Shown: in pieces, positions 18,593-26,810 of the stretch | Layout: each line of letters begins with the position of its first letter | How positions within the stretch are numbered: position 1 is the stretch's first letter | Sequence record: NC_042100.1 | Reading direction: 5' to 3' (one strand) | Length of the DNA stretch: 64,000 bases | Translations under genes and position numbers: made by a program | The notes under the pieces: generated by a model | What the model saw: only the letters and a program-made list of their open reading frames with translations | Told to the model about the DNA's origin: nothing | Database searches by the model: none

Positions 18593-19372
18593 ATGAAAGA
18601 ATTAGTAAAACAAATTGATAACACGAGTTTGCATCATTTACACGGAATGATCGTAACCGCTAAGGGGAAGCCTTATCGTCAACAAAACGTAAGCTTTACC
18701 GTTAAGGGCCGAAAGCAAGTTCGGTTAACACGAGCTCAAGGATGGTTAACTCATTTAACAAAACTCGTAGAAGGGTTCCCTATTCATTTAGTAGACTTAG
18801 CGGAAGAATTGCATTTTAAAGAAATCTTATTGCCGACTTACGAAGACTACGTGGTTCATGCTCCCTATGTGTGTAAAGTGATTAAATGGGAAGACTTAGA
18901 GCTATACATCTTACCGGGGTTCTTGGGGAACGCTGTCGCTGGGGATGGTAAGATCTACGAACTTTATGCAGATCATCGCAACAAAGATTGGTACTGGCAA
19001 GAAATCTACCCAAATCAAAACGGGTGTTATGATTTGATCAACAGTATCGACGGGGATATGTTGGAAGTCAGCGTAGACGACATTATTTATTTGTTGAAGT
19101 CTTGTGTTGTGACGGGGGATGATCTGAGTGACTACTACGCTAAGCGAGTAGTTAGTCGTCGAGCGGAAGTAGCATTAGAAGACGGGTGGGTGGAAATTGA
19201 TCCTAAAGACATTTCTGAACCCCATCACGTTGCTGCGCTGAAACAAGCTGACCAAGACCATGTCTTAGTTAGACTAGAAGTAAAACCCAAGACGGTTAGA
19301 GAAGCGTTCCTGAACGCCTATAAGCGAGCGGGAGGCATTCCTGTAGAGTGGGACAATCGTCTCGCTGTTTAA
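18593..19372 (+). CDS. Hypothetical protein (possible degenerate NUMOD4/HNH-associated motifs)
   Basis: 259-aa ORF with RBS AGGAG. Segments IVTAKGKPY and AVAGDGKIY...PNQNGCY are reminiscent of NUMOD4. No intact HNH is seen. Confidence 0.55.
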   Translation: MKELVKQIDNTSLHHLHGMIVTAKGKPYRQQNVSFTVKGRKQVRLTRAQGWLTHLTKLVEGFPIHLVDLAEELHFKEILLPTYEDYVVHAPYVCKVIKWEDLELYILPGFLGNAVAGDGKIYELYADHRNKDWYWQEIYPNQNGCYDLINSIDGDMLEVSVDDIIYLLKSCVVTGDDLSDYYAKRVVSRRAEVALEDGWVEIDPKDISEPHHVAALKQADQDHVLVRLEVKPKTVREAFLNAYKRAGGIPVEWDNRLAV

Positions 19373-19378
19373 ACCAGC

Positions 19379-19406
19379 ATCCTGCTTGCTGAAGAGCAAG
19401 CAGGAT
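19379..19406 (+). terminator. Intrinsic terminator
   Basis: 12-bp stem ATCCTGCTTGCT-GAAG-AGCAAGCAGGAT with a T-rich tail. Confidence 0.7.
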
Positions 19407-19443
19407 TATTGTTGTTTGTTAAATATTCATTAAAGGATTTATT

Positions 19444-20622
19444 ATGTCCATAGATACACTAGGAATCGACGATGAAATCGTTTTGACCACAATAGCAAAC
19501 ATTAATGCGCATTATAAAGAAAAACGTAAATTCGTCGACATTGCAAAAATGCAAGACATCGCCCCAGATATATTGACTGTGCGTTTTCTAAATCAAGGTT
19601 TAGAAACCCCTACGCATTACTTGAAAGAGTTACGTAAGGATTTAGCTAAGCGTTTAGTTTTTGAAGGCGAACTTTCACTAGAAGAAATCGCTAAAACCTT
19701 AAGTTATGATAAAACATCAAACTTTTACGTTTGGTATCTATCCGTTTTTGGAGAACGTCCTACTAAGGTCCGTGCACGCATGGGGTTAAAATCAAAAAGA
19801 CCGAGTTTAGGTTTAGTCAATGCGGTTATCAGCTCCATTGTCGAAAATATCGACCTTAATCCACATTTATACAAAGATGTTAATGTATTAATAAACGACA
19901 GTATTTATACAACAACTTACATCAGACAGAAGTTCATTGAACTGCACGGAGTAACCCCTAGGGCTTATTTGTTAAATAAGCAACTAGAGTACGTTGCCGA
20001 GCAAATCAAAAACCACGGGTATAAAGAAACCCGTCTGCTGGAAATGACCATCTACAACGCTCCTACTGGACTTAACAAAGCTTTTAAAGCAAAGTACGGT
20101 ATGACTACCAGTGAATTTGGTGAATCAAAATCTATCGGTATGTGGGCCAAGGTCCATGGTGAAAACGTCTGGATACTCCCTTCCCTCATGGAAGAGATAA
20201 TTGATAACGTTACCGAAAACCTGCTTGAAAATCGTCCCCACTTAACTGAGCTGAGAGAACTTTACGGAGTAAACACTTCTTCTTGGGAAAGAATGTTTAC
20301 TCTGTACACAGGCATGTTACCTAGTAAGGCGCGCTTATTCATCCGATTGGAAATAGTGGTGTACTTTTTACAAAACACTCGTTGGAAGTTTTCTAAGATC
20401 TTAAGGAAGGTTGGTTCGGATTATGAATACGACATCAGAAGATACTTAATGGCTAATTACGGACTGACTCCTGCGGAAATCCGTAAACATAAAGGTCCAC
20501 TCACTCGTCGTAACAAAACCAAGCAGTTTGTTCGTTTTGTTAAAACTAACGCCGACTTATGCATTAGAGAAGACGATATCCGTCTGGGTAAAATAAAGGA
20601 AACTGAATTATGTACCCTGTAG
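19444..20622 (+). CDS. AraC-family HTH-repeat protein (three DNA-binding domains, no effector domain)
   Basis: Three AraC C-terminal patterns: TPTHYLKELRKDLAKRL...SLEEIAKTLSY...FGERP; TPRAYL...AFKAKYGMTT; PSKARLFIRL...YGLTPAEIR. Confidence 0.75.
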   Translation: MSIDTLGIDDEIVLTTIANINAHYKEKRKFVDIAKMQDIAPDILTVRFLNQGLETPTHYLKELRKDLAKRLVFEGELSLEEIAKTLSYDKTSNFYVWYLSVFGERPTKVRARMGLKSKRPSLGLVNAVISSIVENIDLNPHLYKDVNVLINDSIYTTTYIRQKFIELHGVTPRAYLLNKQLEYVAEQIKNHGYKETRLLEMTIYNAPTGLNKAFKAKYGMTTSEFGESKSIGMWAKVHGENVWILPSLMEEIIDNVTENLLENRPHLTELRELYGVNTSSWERMFTLYTGMLPSKARLFIRLEIVVYFLQNTRWKFSKILRKVGSDYEYDIRRYLMANYGLTPAEIRKHKGPLTRRNKTKQFVRFVKTNADLCIREDDIRLGKIKETELCTL

Positions 20623-21335
20623 ATAAAGAATCCAGAATTCGTTTAATGGAAGATCTGGACAAATGGATAAATGAACACTACTTAGAAAAAGTCACCGTCA
20701 AAGACCTAAGTCACCAACTAGGTGTGTTCATCCCAGATGTTTACCGTCTGTTTGCTGAACAACGCAACACTACCCCGGGAGAGTACCTCCGACGTAAACG
20801 TTTAGTTAAAGCCAAAGCTTTGTTAGAATCAGGAATCCGTCCAACGCTGGCTGGAGCCCACGTTGGGTATTCTCACTTCCAATCTTTCGTTAAAGAGTAT
20901 AAAGCTTACTTTAAACGCCACCCTCGCGAAGATTACTCGGATACCCTTGAGGTCCCGACCATGGACTCTTATTCTAAAGAAACTATGGACCGATATTATC
21001 CTAGTGAGTTGCGTGAGAAGATATTGAATTATTTGCGTAAAAACATCAAAGTGAATTTCAATTACGCTGATGTAGAAAAGAAGTTTGGATTACCAGATCG
21101 TAGTTTAAGCGAAATGTTTGAACACTATTACGGTAAATCCTATCGTGAATGGAGAAAGGATACTAGGATGAAATTAGCTAAGGAGTTACTCCACAAAAAT
21201 CCAAGTGTTAAGATTTCAGACTTAGCGACTACCGTAGGTTCTTGTAGTGCGACCTATTTACGGAAGCAATACCAAGAAGTCTATGGAGTTAATATTGTTG
21301 AGCTCCGGGAAACTTTGAGAGGTGTTCGTGTCTGA
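20610..21335 (+). CDS. AraC-family HTH-repeat protein (two DNA-binding domains)
   Basis: VTVKDLSHQLG...TPGEYLRRKRLVKAKALL...VGYSHFQSFVKEYKAYFKRHP, plus a second copy ending ISDLATTVG...YGVN. Confidence 0.85.
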   Translation: MYPVDKESRIRLMEDLDKWINEHYLEKVTVKDLSHQLGVFIPDVYRLFAEQRNTTPGEYLRRKRLVKAKALLESGIRPTLAGAHVGYSHFQSFVKEYKAYFKRHPREDYSDTLEVPTMDSYSKETMDRYYPSELREKILNYLRKNIKVNFNYADVEKKFGLPDRSLSEMFEHYYGKSYREWRKDTRMKLAKELLHKNPSVKISDLATTVGSCSATYLRKQYQEVYGVNIVELRETLRGVRV

Positions 21336-22029
21336 TAAGAAATCGAAAGAACTCAAGAAGCTCAAAAGTGCCGCCAAGAAATATTGTTTGGAACCTAATG
21401 CCTCGGAATTAGTGTTAAAGAAAACCCTGTTTTCTTTACCTAAAGTCATTAAAATGTTCCGTGATGCAGGTGAGGGAAGTTTGTATGATTACATCACTCA
21501 TTTAAAAATGCTGGAGGCGAAGAAACTCTTAGATGACACCGATCTTAATCTGACTTCTATTTCCAGAGCCATTGGCTACGCTGATCGTAAATCCTTGAGA
21601 GAAAACTTTATTAAGCAATTTGGTATGTATCCTTTGGATTACCGCAACCGACCGAAGACCAACGACCTAGCTTGGGATTTGTTTAAATCCCATCCTAAGC
21701 TAACTGTACAGCGTCAGACGTTTTTGTTGGATCATGTCAAGAAGCATTACAAGGATTCTGATTTAAGTATTCAGACACTATCAGACCGATTCCGTTTAAC
21801 CCACCAAGACATAGACCTGATTATCAATCATCACTATGGGTCAGGATTGAAACAACTTTTATTAGACCTGCGTTTAAATCAAGCGCACGCTAAACTACCT
21901 AATTATTATAAGTCGGTGCGCCAACTCGCTGAGGAGTTAGGGTTTCTTGACTTTAATTATTTCGTAGTGAAGTTTGAAAGGAAATACGGAATGGGTCCCC
22001 GACGTTATCAACAACACGCACGTCTTTAA
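21322..22029 (+). CDS. AraC-family HTH-repeat protein (two DNA-binding domains)
   Basis: YITHLKMLEAKKLL...ISRAIGYAD...FIKQFGMYPLDYR and LRLNQAHAKL...LAEELGFLDFNYFVVKFERKYGMGPRRY. GTG start. Confidence 0.85.
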   Translation: MFVSDKKSKELKKLKSAAKKYCLEPNASELVLKKTLFSLPKVIKMFRDAGEGSLYDYITHLKMLEAKKLLDDTDLNLTSISRAIGYADRKSLRENFIKQFGMYPLDYRNRPKTNDLAWDLFKSHPKLTVQRQTFLLDHVKKHYKDSDLSIQTLSDRFRLTHQDIDLIINHHYGSGLKQLLLDLRLNQAHAKLPNYYKSVRQLAEELGFLDFNYFVVKFERKYGMGPRRYQQHARL

Positions 22030-22060
22030 GTTATTTCCTAACTCAACGTACATTATATGT
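22028..22060 (+). promoter_or_regulatory. Class II promoter with upstream box; predicted +1 at G22059
   Basis: AAGTTATTTCCTAAC-TCAACG-TACATTATATGT. It contains TATG, the motif used by phiKZ nvRNAP with the G as +1. Confidence 0.65.
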
Positions 22061-22486
22061 GAGCGGTACAAGATTAGGTTTAACTAGACTAGCGTGTCCG
22101 AAAAGAAAAGGTGTATGCCGCGAGTCCGACCTAGGAAGTTATCCCTTCATTACAACCGCTCACAACTCTTTTGGTTCAGAGGAAGTCCTCCTTGTCAACA
22201 TCGATGTCACTAAAGCCATTCTCTGAACCACCCTATTCGAACAGAAACCACTACTTTTTGTTCGTAGGACACTCGAGCCTTTAACTCAGTGTCCACAGCG
22301 GTACACCCCTGACCGCTTTAAAAATGGAGAGTGTTTCCTCAGCTCCCACACTCCGCCAAGGGATGCTAAGCCGAGGCTAGCCGGCTGGGTTCTTCGACCG
22401 CGTAAGAATCCAGTTCGGGTAATTTCAGTATTGGCACTGAGTTCCACTGCTTTGACCATCCCCTTCGCCGGGGATGGTGCTTTTTT
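22059..22486 (+). ncRNA. Putative structured non-coding RNA (~430 nt), family not recognised
   Basis: Has its own promoter and terminator and no ORF in the track. Serial stems: GTGAGCGGT/ACCGCTCAC, GGTTCAGAG/CTCTGAACC, CCTA..CGAACAGAAA/TTTTTGTTCGTAGG, GGACACT/AGTGTCC, AGCGGT/ACCGCT, GAGTGT/ACACTC, CTGGGTTCTT/AAGAATCCAG. Confidence 0.65.
22455..22486 (+). terminator. Intrinsic terminator closing the putative ncRNA
   Basis: ACCATCCCC-TTCGCC-GGGGATGGT followed by GCTTTTTT. Confidence 0.75.
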
Positions 22487-22527
22487 GCATTTTAAATATT
22501 TTTAACTAAACTTTAAAGGAGTTTAAT

Positions 22528-23493
22528 ATGTCTACATTACGTGCATGGTGTATTGGTGGTGCGGGTATTAACATCGGTTCTGCATGGAAAAAGTCGCTAA
22601 GAAACCTTCCTATCTCTAAAGTAGAGTTCATCGGTTTAGATACGTCTACTAACAACAAACCGGATGATGACTCGTTCATTTTAGAGTGTCCACCAAACAC
22701 TCGTGGTGGTGGTAAGAAACGTACTTTGAATCGTGACCTCATTCCTGATTTTGTTAACCAAATGTTGGTGAAACATAAAGCGGGTGATTTCAACGTTGTG
22801 ATTTACAGTGGTGCAGGCGCGTCGGGTTCTACTATCGGTCCTTTCTTAGTTCGTGCTCTCATGGAAGCAGGTATTCCTGTAGTTTCGTTCCTCGTGATCG
22901 ATCAAACCACAGACATCGAACTGGACAACACGATCGCGACTCTACGTTCCCTAGATGGTCAGCGTAAGCATTTTGATATGCCGGTCGTAATGGATGTACT
23001 GCAAAACGACGAGGCTTTAACTCGCGGTGAGTTAAACAAAATTGCTGTCGAGCGTCTCAACTTGCTATCACTGTTCCTAACGGACAAACACGAAGAGTCA
23101 GACTACGAAGACATCCGTCATTTGTTGGACTACTCTAGTGCGGTCGATATCCCACCGTCTCTTACTCGTATCGAGTTCTATGACGGTCTGACTATCGATA
23201 AGCGCCAAGGTAGTGCAGTAGCGAGTTTCTCTCTATACAGCTCTCGTAACGACATCCGTTCCGTCCAAATTGGTAAAGGTTATCGTGTGACGGGTGTGAT
23301 GCATCCAGATGCGATTACCCCTAACGATACAGGTGAACTACACATGATGCTTGAGTACGATAGCCTAACAGAACAAATCATCAATGATATGGAGCGTTCT
23401 AAAGAAAAAGCGGTAGAACGCCAGACTCAATTCACTAAGTCCCGTTCTAAGGACCTCACAGAGGGCTCTGACAATTCCGGGATGGTCTGGTAA
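22528..23493 (+). CDS. phuZ: PhuZ phage tubulin
   Basis: T1 loop CIGGAGINIG, IGLDTS, GGGKKR, signature-like SGAGASGST, DxxD (DYEDI), and a short acidic/aromatic C-terminal tail. Confidence 0.92.
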   Translation: MSTLRAWCIGGAGINIGSAWKKSLRNLPISKVEFIGLDTSTNNKPDDDSFILECPPNTRGGGKKRTLNRDLIPDFVNQMLVKHKAGDFNVVIYSGAGASGSTIGPFLVRALMEAGIPVVSFLVIDQTTDIELDNTIATLRSLDGQRKHFDMPVVMDVLQNDEALTRGELNKIAVERLNLLSLFLTDKHEESDYEDIRHLLDYSSAVDIPPSLTRIEFYDGLTIDKRQGSAVASFSLYSSRNDIRSVQIGKGYRVTGVMHPDAITPNDTGELHMMLEYDSLTEQIINDMERSKEKAVERQTQFTKSRSKDLTEGSDNSGMVW

Positions 23494-23513
23494 TACCTAA
23501 GTAAGACTTAACT

Positions 23514-23542
23514 ACGTATGGCATCTTCTAGGTGCCATACGT
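23514..23542 (+). terminator. Intrinsic terminator
   Basis: ACGTATGGCATC-TTCTA-GGTGCCATACGT with a T-rich tail. Confidence 0.7.
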
Positions 23543-23585
23543 TTATTATTTATATTTTTTAGTTTTATTAAAAACGGGAACGTAA

Positions 23586-23879
23586 ATGAGAAAGAACTGT
23601 ATTAAAGTCGTGAACATTGCACTTAACGACTATACAAAACTTATTGGAAACGAACATTCCGTTTTTAATGGAATTGCTCTGATCCACGAAACACTAACCG
23701 ATTTGGGTTACCACGTTTTAAATCGTCATATTGTGTATGGCGACGAAGCAACGTTGTATCCGGTCAAAACTTTCATCCATACCACGCTCGTAGCGCAATC
23801 AAGTGGGATTTCCACCGACACTCAAGTTTCGGTGCGTCCTGCTAGTCCCGGGTGCTATGCAGTCATGTTTTTTAAATAA
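23586..23879 (+). CDS. Hypothetical protein
   Basis: 97-aa ORF, first of a tightly packed operon. Confidence 0.6.
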   Translation: MRKNCIKVVNIALNDYTKLIGNEHSVFNGIALIHETLTDLGYHVLNRHIVYGDEATLYPVKTFIHTTLVAQSSGISTDTQVSVRPASPGCYAVMFFK

Positions 23880-23888
23880 GGGGTAATT

Positions 23889-24344
23889 ATGTACGTTGTC
23901 AACACGGGTCGAATTATGGAGAACTTACTTACTTTTGATAAGATGGAGTTCGATAATTTCACCATTCATGGTTATGTGCATGCTTTGTTGGAAGACGTCG
24001 TAGAAGTTTTTAATTCTAAGGACTTCGACCAAGCTTACGATCGTATCGGTCATCTCACCACACTACTAGGGAATAACACAGCAGTTGAAACGATTTATAT
24101 CGAACTGTTGAACGATCTTAAAAAGTACGCTCGTGCTTCAGGTTGGGACCCACGCCTCAAAATGAAAATCTGTGAAGAGAAAAATGTGAAAAACCGTGAC
24201 GGTATTATCCATCAAGTACTACTCATTATGGATTTGGATGCAACAGTTGAAGAACTTTCATTTGCCCCTGAATCATCAGTATCGTTAGGAGAGCTAGTAA
24301 GTGACAACCCTAGCCAAGATGAGCTTTCTAAACTCGTCCAATAA
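23889..24344 (+). CDS. Hypothetical protein
   Basis: 151-aa ORF with RBS AAGGGG. Confidence 0.65.
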   Translation: MYVVNTGRIMENLLTFDKMEFDNFTIHGYVHALLEDVVEVFNSKDFDQAYDRIGHLTTLLGNNTAVETIYIELLNDLKKYARASGWDPRLKMKICEEKNVKNRDGIIHQVLLIMDLDATVEELSFAPESSVSLGELVSDNPSQDELSKLVQ

Positions 24345-24891
24345 AACGAAAGTAGTAACTGTCGACCTTTCCCAAGTTAATCAATTAGTTTACGATTTGA
24401 TGTTTGATAACGACCTTCGTTCAATTCCAACTGAACGAATAGCCGATGTAAAGGCAGGACTCATTTATCAAACCCTTAGGGATATATGTTCGAACTCAAA
24501 GTTCAAATTATGTGTCGCTCCTTCGGAATCCTCAAAGTACGAAGTAATCTACTTCCAAAACAAACCACAAGATCGTGTCGATTTTGAAATCCATTTAACC
24601 TCCCTTGAATACGAAACGACTTTGTTACATCGTTATTATTCAGCGGGAGTGTTAGAAGATATCTTAACCGACATCGGTTACGCCTTTTACCAAATATTGT
24701 ACTCAATGACACCCAATACCCGATTTGAGCACGAGGTTCAGTTAGCTCTACCAAACATCGGACATTTGATAGTCGCAGTGCATGAAGACGATCTAAGGGA
24801 ATGTAATGCTGACGATATATCAGACACAGTCATTAGCGGACTTTATACAGAGGCATTGCTTGACAGACTTCACGGAGATGACCCAAGCTGA
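24301..24891 (+). CDS. Hypothetical protein
   Basis: 196-aa ORF with a GTG start and upstream AGGAG. Confidence 0.65.
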   Translation: MTTLAKMSFLNSSNKTKVVTVDLSQVNQLVYDLMFDNDLRSIPTERIADVKAGLIYQTLRDICSNSKFKLCVAPSESSKYEVIYFQNKPQDRVDFEIHLTSLEYETTLLHRYYSAGVLEDILTDIGYAFYQILYSMTPNTRFEHEVQLALPNIGHLIVAVHEDDLRECNADDISDTVISGLYTEALLDRLHGDDPS

Positions 24892-25189
24892 GTTACTCCA
24901 CGCTTTCTTTTATACGGCGTATGAAAACACCGTATCCTTTGGAAGACAAGCCGCAGTCGAGCAAGCCATCGCGGGGATGTTTACTAACTTGTTACGATCC
25001 ATTGTGATCATAGAAAAGTTTGACGACTTCCCTTGGTTAATTATTCAAAGCGAAATCACGGCAATTTGTATTCAAATGGTGGAAGACATTGATGACATCC
25101 TATCCGGGAATGAATTGATTGCTTACAACCCACTTCCCAATGTTGAATATCCTAAGGCCATGATGTTGGAGATAGTTCATGAATGTTAA
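24806..25189 (+). CDS. Hypothetical protein
   Basis: 127-aa ORF. The true start may be the in-frame ATG at 24878. Confidence 0.6.
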   Translation: MLTIYQTQSLADFIQRHCLTDFTEMTQAELLHAFFYTAYENTVSFGRQAAVEQAIAGMFTNLLRSIVIIEKFDDFPWLIIQSEITAICIQMVEDIDDILSGNELIAYNPLPNVEYPKAMMLEIVHEC

Positions 25190-25505
25190 TACTTTTTCGT
25201 ATAATTTCAACATACCACCCGCGACCGACATCGAAGCATTGATGACGTTTGTGGGAAAGTTGTTGGGAGCGCATCAAGTTAAAAATACGATCACCTCTTT
25301 GTCCAATACGGAGCTCGATCACCCCATCCCCGAATCTAAGCAATTGTTGATGCAAGAAGCCTACCGGTTAAACGAATACATCGGTGCTTTGAAATCACAA
25401 TGGGTTAATGTTGAGGTGGAAGATGCTCGTATGGCAGGACTATCGGTGATGATAGTCTTTAAGGTATCTGGGGATAGAACTAATGAATTTATTTCTATTA
25501 GCTGA
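25179..25505 (+). CDS. Hypothetical protein
   Basis: 108-aa ORF with RBS GGAG, overlapping its neighbours. Confidence 0.65.
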   Translation: MNVNTFSYNFNIPPATDIEALMTFVGKLLGAHQVKNTITSLSNTELDHPIPESKQLLMQEAYRLNEYIGALKSQWVNVEVEDARMAGLSVMIVFKVSGDRTNEFISIS

Positions 25506-25812
25506 TATCAACTACCCGCTGTTAACCCAGTATGTTAATTCACTCTACGACCCTGATGCGTGGGTGTTAAATTCTGACATACTCGGGACCCATTTAAATG
25601 ACCATCTACACCATTTAAATGACCAACACGGGGACCCCGATCCCATACTCACTAATTTGATCTTACCGGATACGACTCTATTAGAGATGTTCGTGCCTAT
25701 TATGAAAGACCGTACCGTAGCTATGTTGCCGACGGTGGATGGGGGTGTCTGTCACTGCCCAATGATCATGTTGGTTAACCGTGTTCATTACGATCATTTT
25801 TATAGGCAATAA
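25483..25812 (+). CDS. Hypothetical protein
   Basis: 109-aa ORF in the same operon. Confidence 0.6.
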   Translation: MNLFLLADINYPLLTQYVNSLYDPDAWVLNSDILGTHLNDHLHHLNDQHGDPDPILTNLILPDTTLLEMFVPIMKDRTVAMLPTVDGGVCHCPMIMLVNRVHYDHFYRQ

Positions 25813-25841
25813 TTGTCTGTCCAACCGAGGAGAACATCACA

Positions 25842-26249
25842 GTGATTTACAACATAGGTGAAGAAGACAAAATCAGTTTTCGCATCGTAGAATCTGGATT
25901 AATGAACAGTGCCTTTGAAGGCGTGACCTACCAAGGTACCGTGTCGTACGCAGTAGCCTTGCAAGTGACCAAAGACATTAACATCAAACACCAGAACCTA
26001 AAAGCTTACTTTAAGACCACATACCCTACGGCCCTCAACCCTACGGACTACCAATACATTTTGGTGAAACACCCGAATGGGATCATTGAAGCGATTGGGG
26101 AAACTTGGATTGTGAAAAACTCCCTTAAAGTAGTGAATGTGAAATCTAAAGTCATCACTATCACCAACTGGTCAGAATGGTTTAAAGACCCTATTGAAGA
26201 TCGATTGAATTCATTAGGTGCGACCTTTACCATCAAAGATGTAGAATAA
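25842..26249 (+). CDS. Hypothetical protein (conserved phiKZ-like, probable)
   Basis: 135-aa ORF with a GTG start, RBS GAGGAG and a downstream terminator. Confidence 0.7.
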   Translation: MIYNIGEEDKISFRIVESGLMNSAFEGVTYQGTVSYAVALQVTKDINIKHQNLKAYFKTTYPTALNPTDYQYILVKHPNGIIEAIGETWIVKNSLKVVNVKSKVITITNWSEWFKDPIEDRLNSLGATFTIKDVE

Positions 26250-26253
26250 TAAC

Positions 26254-26279
26254 CATCCTACCCCAAACGGGGTAGGATG
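26254..26279 (+). terminator. Intrinsic terminator
   Basis: CATCCTACCCC-AAAC-GGGGTAGGATG with a T-rich tail. Confidence 0.75.
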
Positions 26280-26314
26280 ATCTTTTATATTTATTTTTTT
26301 TTCAAGGAAATGAG

Positions 26315-26752
26315 ATGGAAAACTACTCAGACCAAGAACTAGATTTTAACCTAGAACAACTAAAGGAATGGGAACAACATTTTCCAAACCTATCATTAAA
26401 GGCGTACCTCGGACCCTTTAAACATCTTGATCTAACACAAACATGGTTCTGTCCTCGATGTAGAAACCTCGATAAACCACTGTTGTTAAGTTCAGATAAA
26501 GAAACCTTATACTGTGACTCCCATCCCCATGAGTGTGAGTACAACTACAGTAACTTTGAAAAACGTAAAGTTAAAAAGAGTTTCTTGGGTGAAGGTTATT
26601 CCCTACCGTTATCGGTAAACGACGTCGCCAACATCTCCCTCAGAAAGTTTGAGGATGAGAAACTAAAGATCATACAAGAACGCCACCGTCTCGATAAACT
26701 AGAAGAAGAAATTGAAAGTCATATTATAACACTGAAACGTACCTTAAAGTAA
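26315..26752 (+). CDS. Small Zn-finger/coiled-coil protein
   Basis: CPRC...CDSHPHEC motif and a C-terminal coiled coil (ERHRLDKLEEEIESHIITLK). Confidence 0.6.
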   Translation: MENYSDQELDFNLEQLKEWEQHFPNLSLKAYLGPFKHLDLTQTWFCPRCRNLDKPLLLSSDKETLYCDSHPHECEYNYSNFEKRKVKKSFLGEGYSLPLSVNDVANISLRKFEDEKLKIIQERHRLDKLEEEIESHIITLKRTLK

Positions 26753-26810
26753 TCCATTACTCTGAGGTTAATGATTTAGCATAAATTAAATTTTACCTTG
26801 GAGTGATATA

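Noticed and set aside
22058-22164. lac operator-like half sites TGTGAGCGG and CCGCTCACA
   Set aside because: They are ~90 nt apart, lack the rest of lacO, and are better explained as the two strands of an RNA stem.
22115-22213. 32-aa ORF MPRVRPRKLSLHYN... inside the putative ncRNA
   Set aside because: The SD spacing is poor, the composition is unlike phage genes, and it overlaps paired stems. It is not fully excluded without ribosome profiling.
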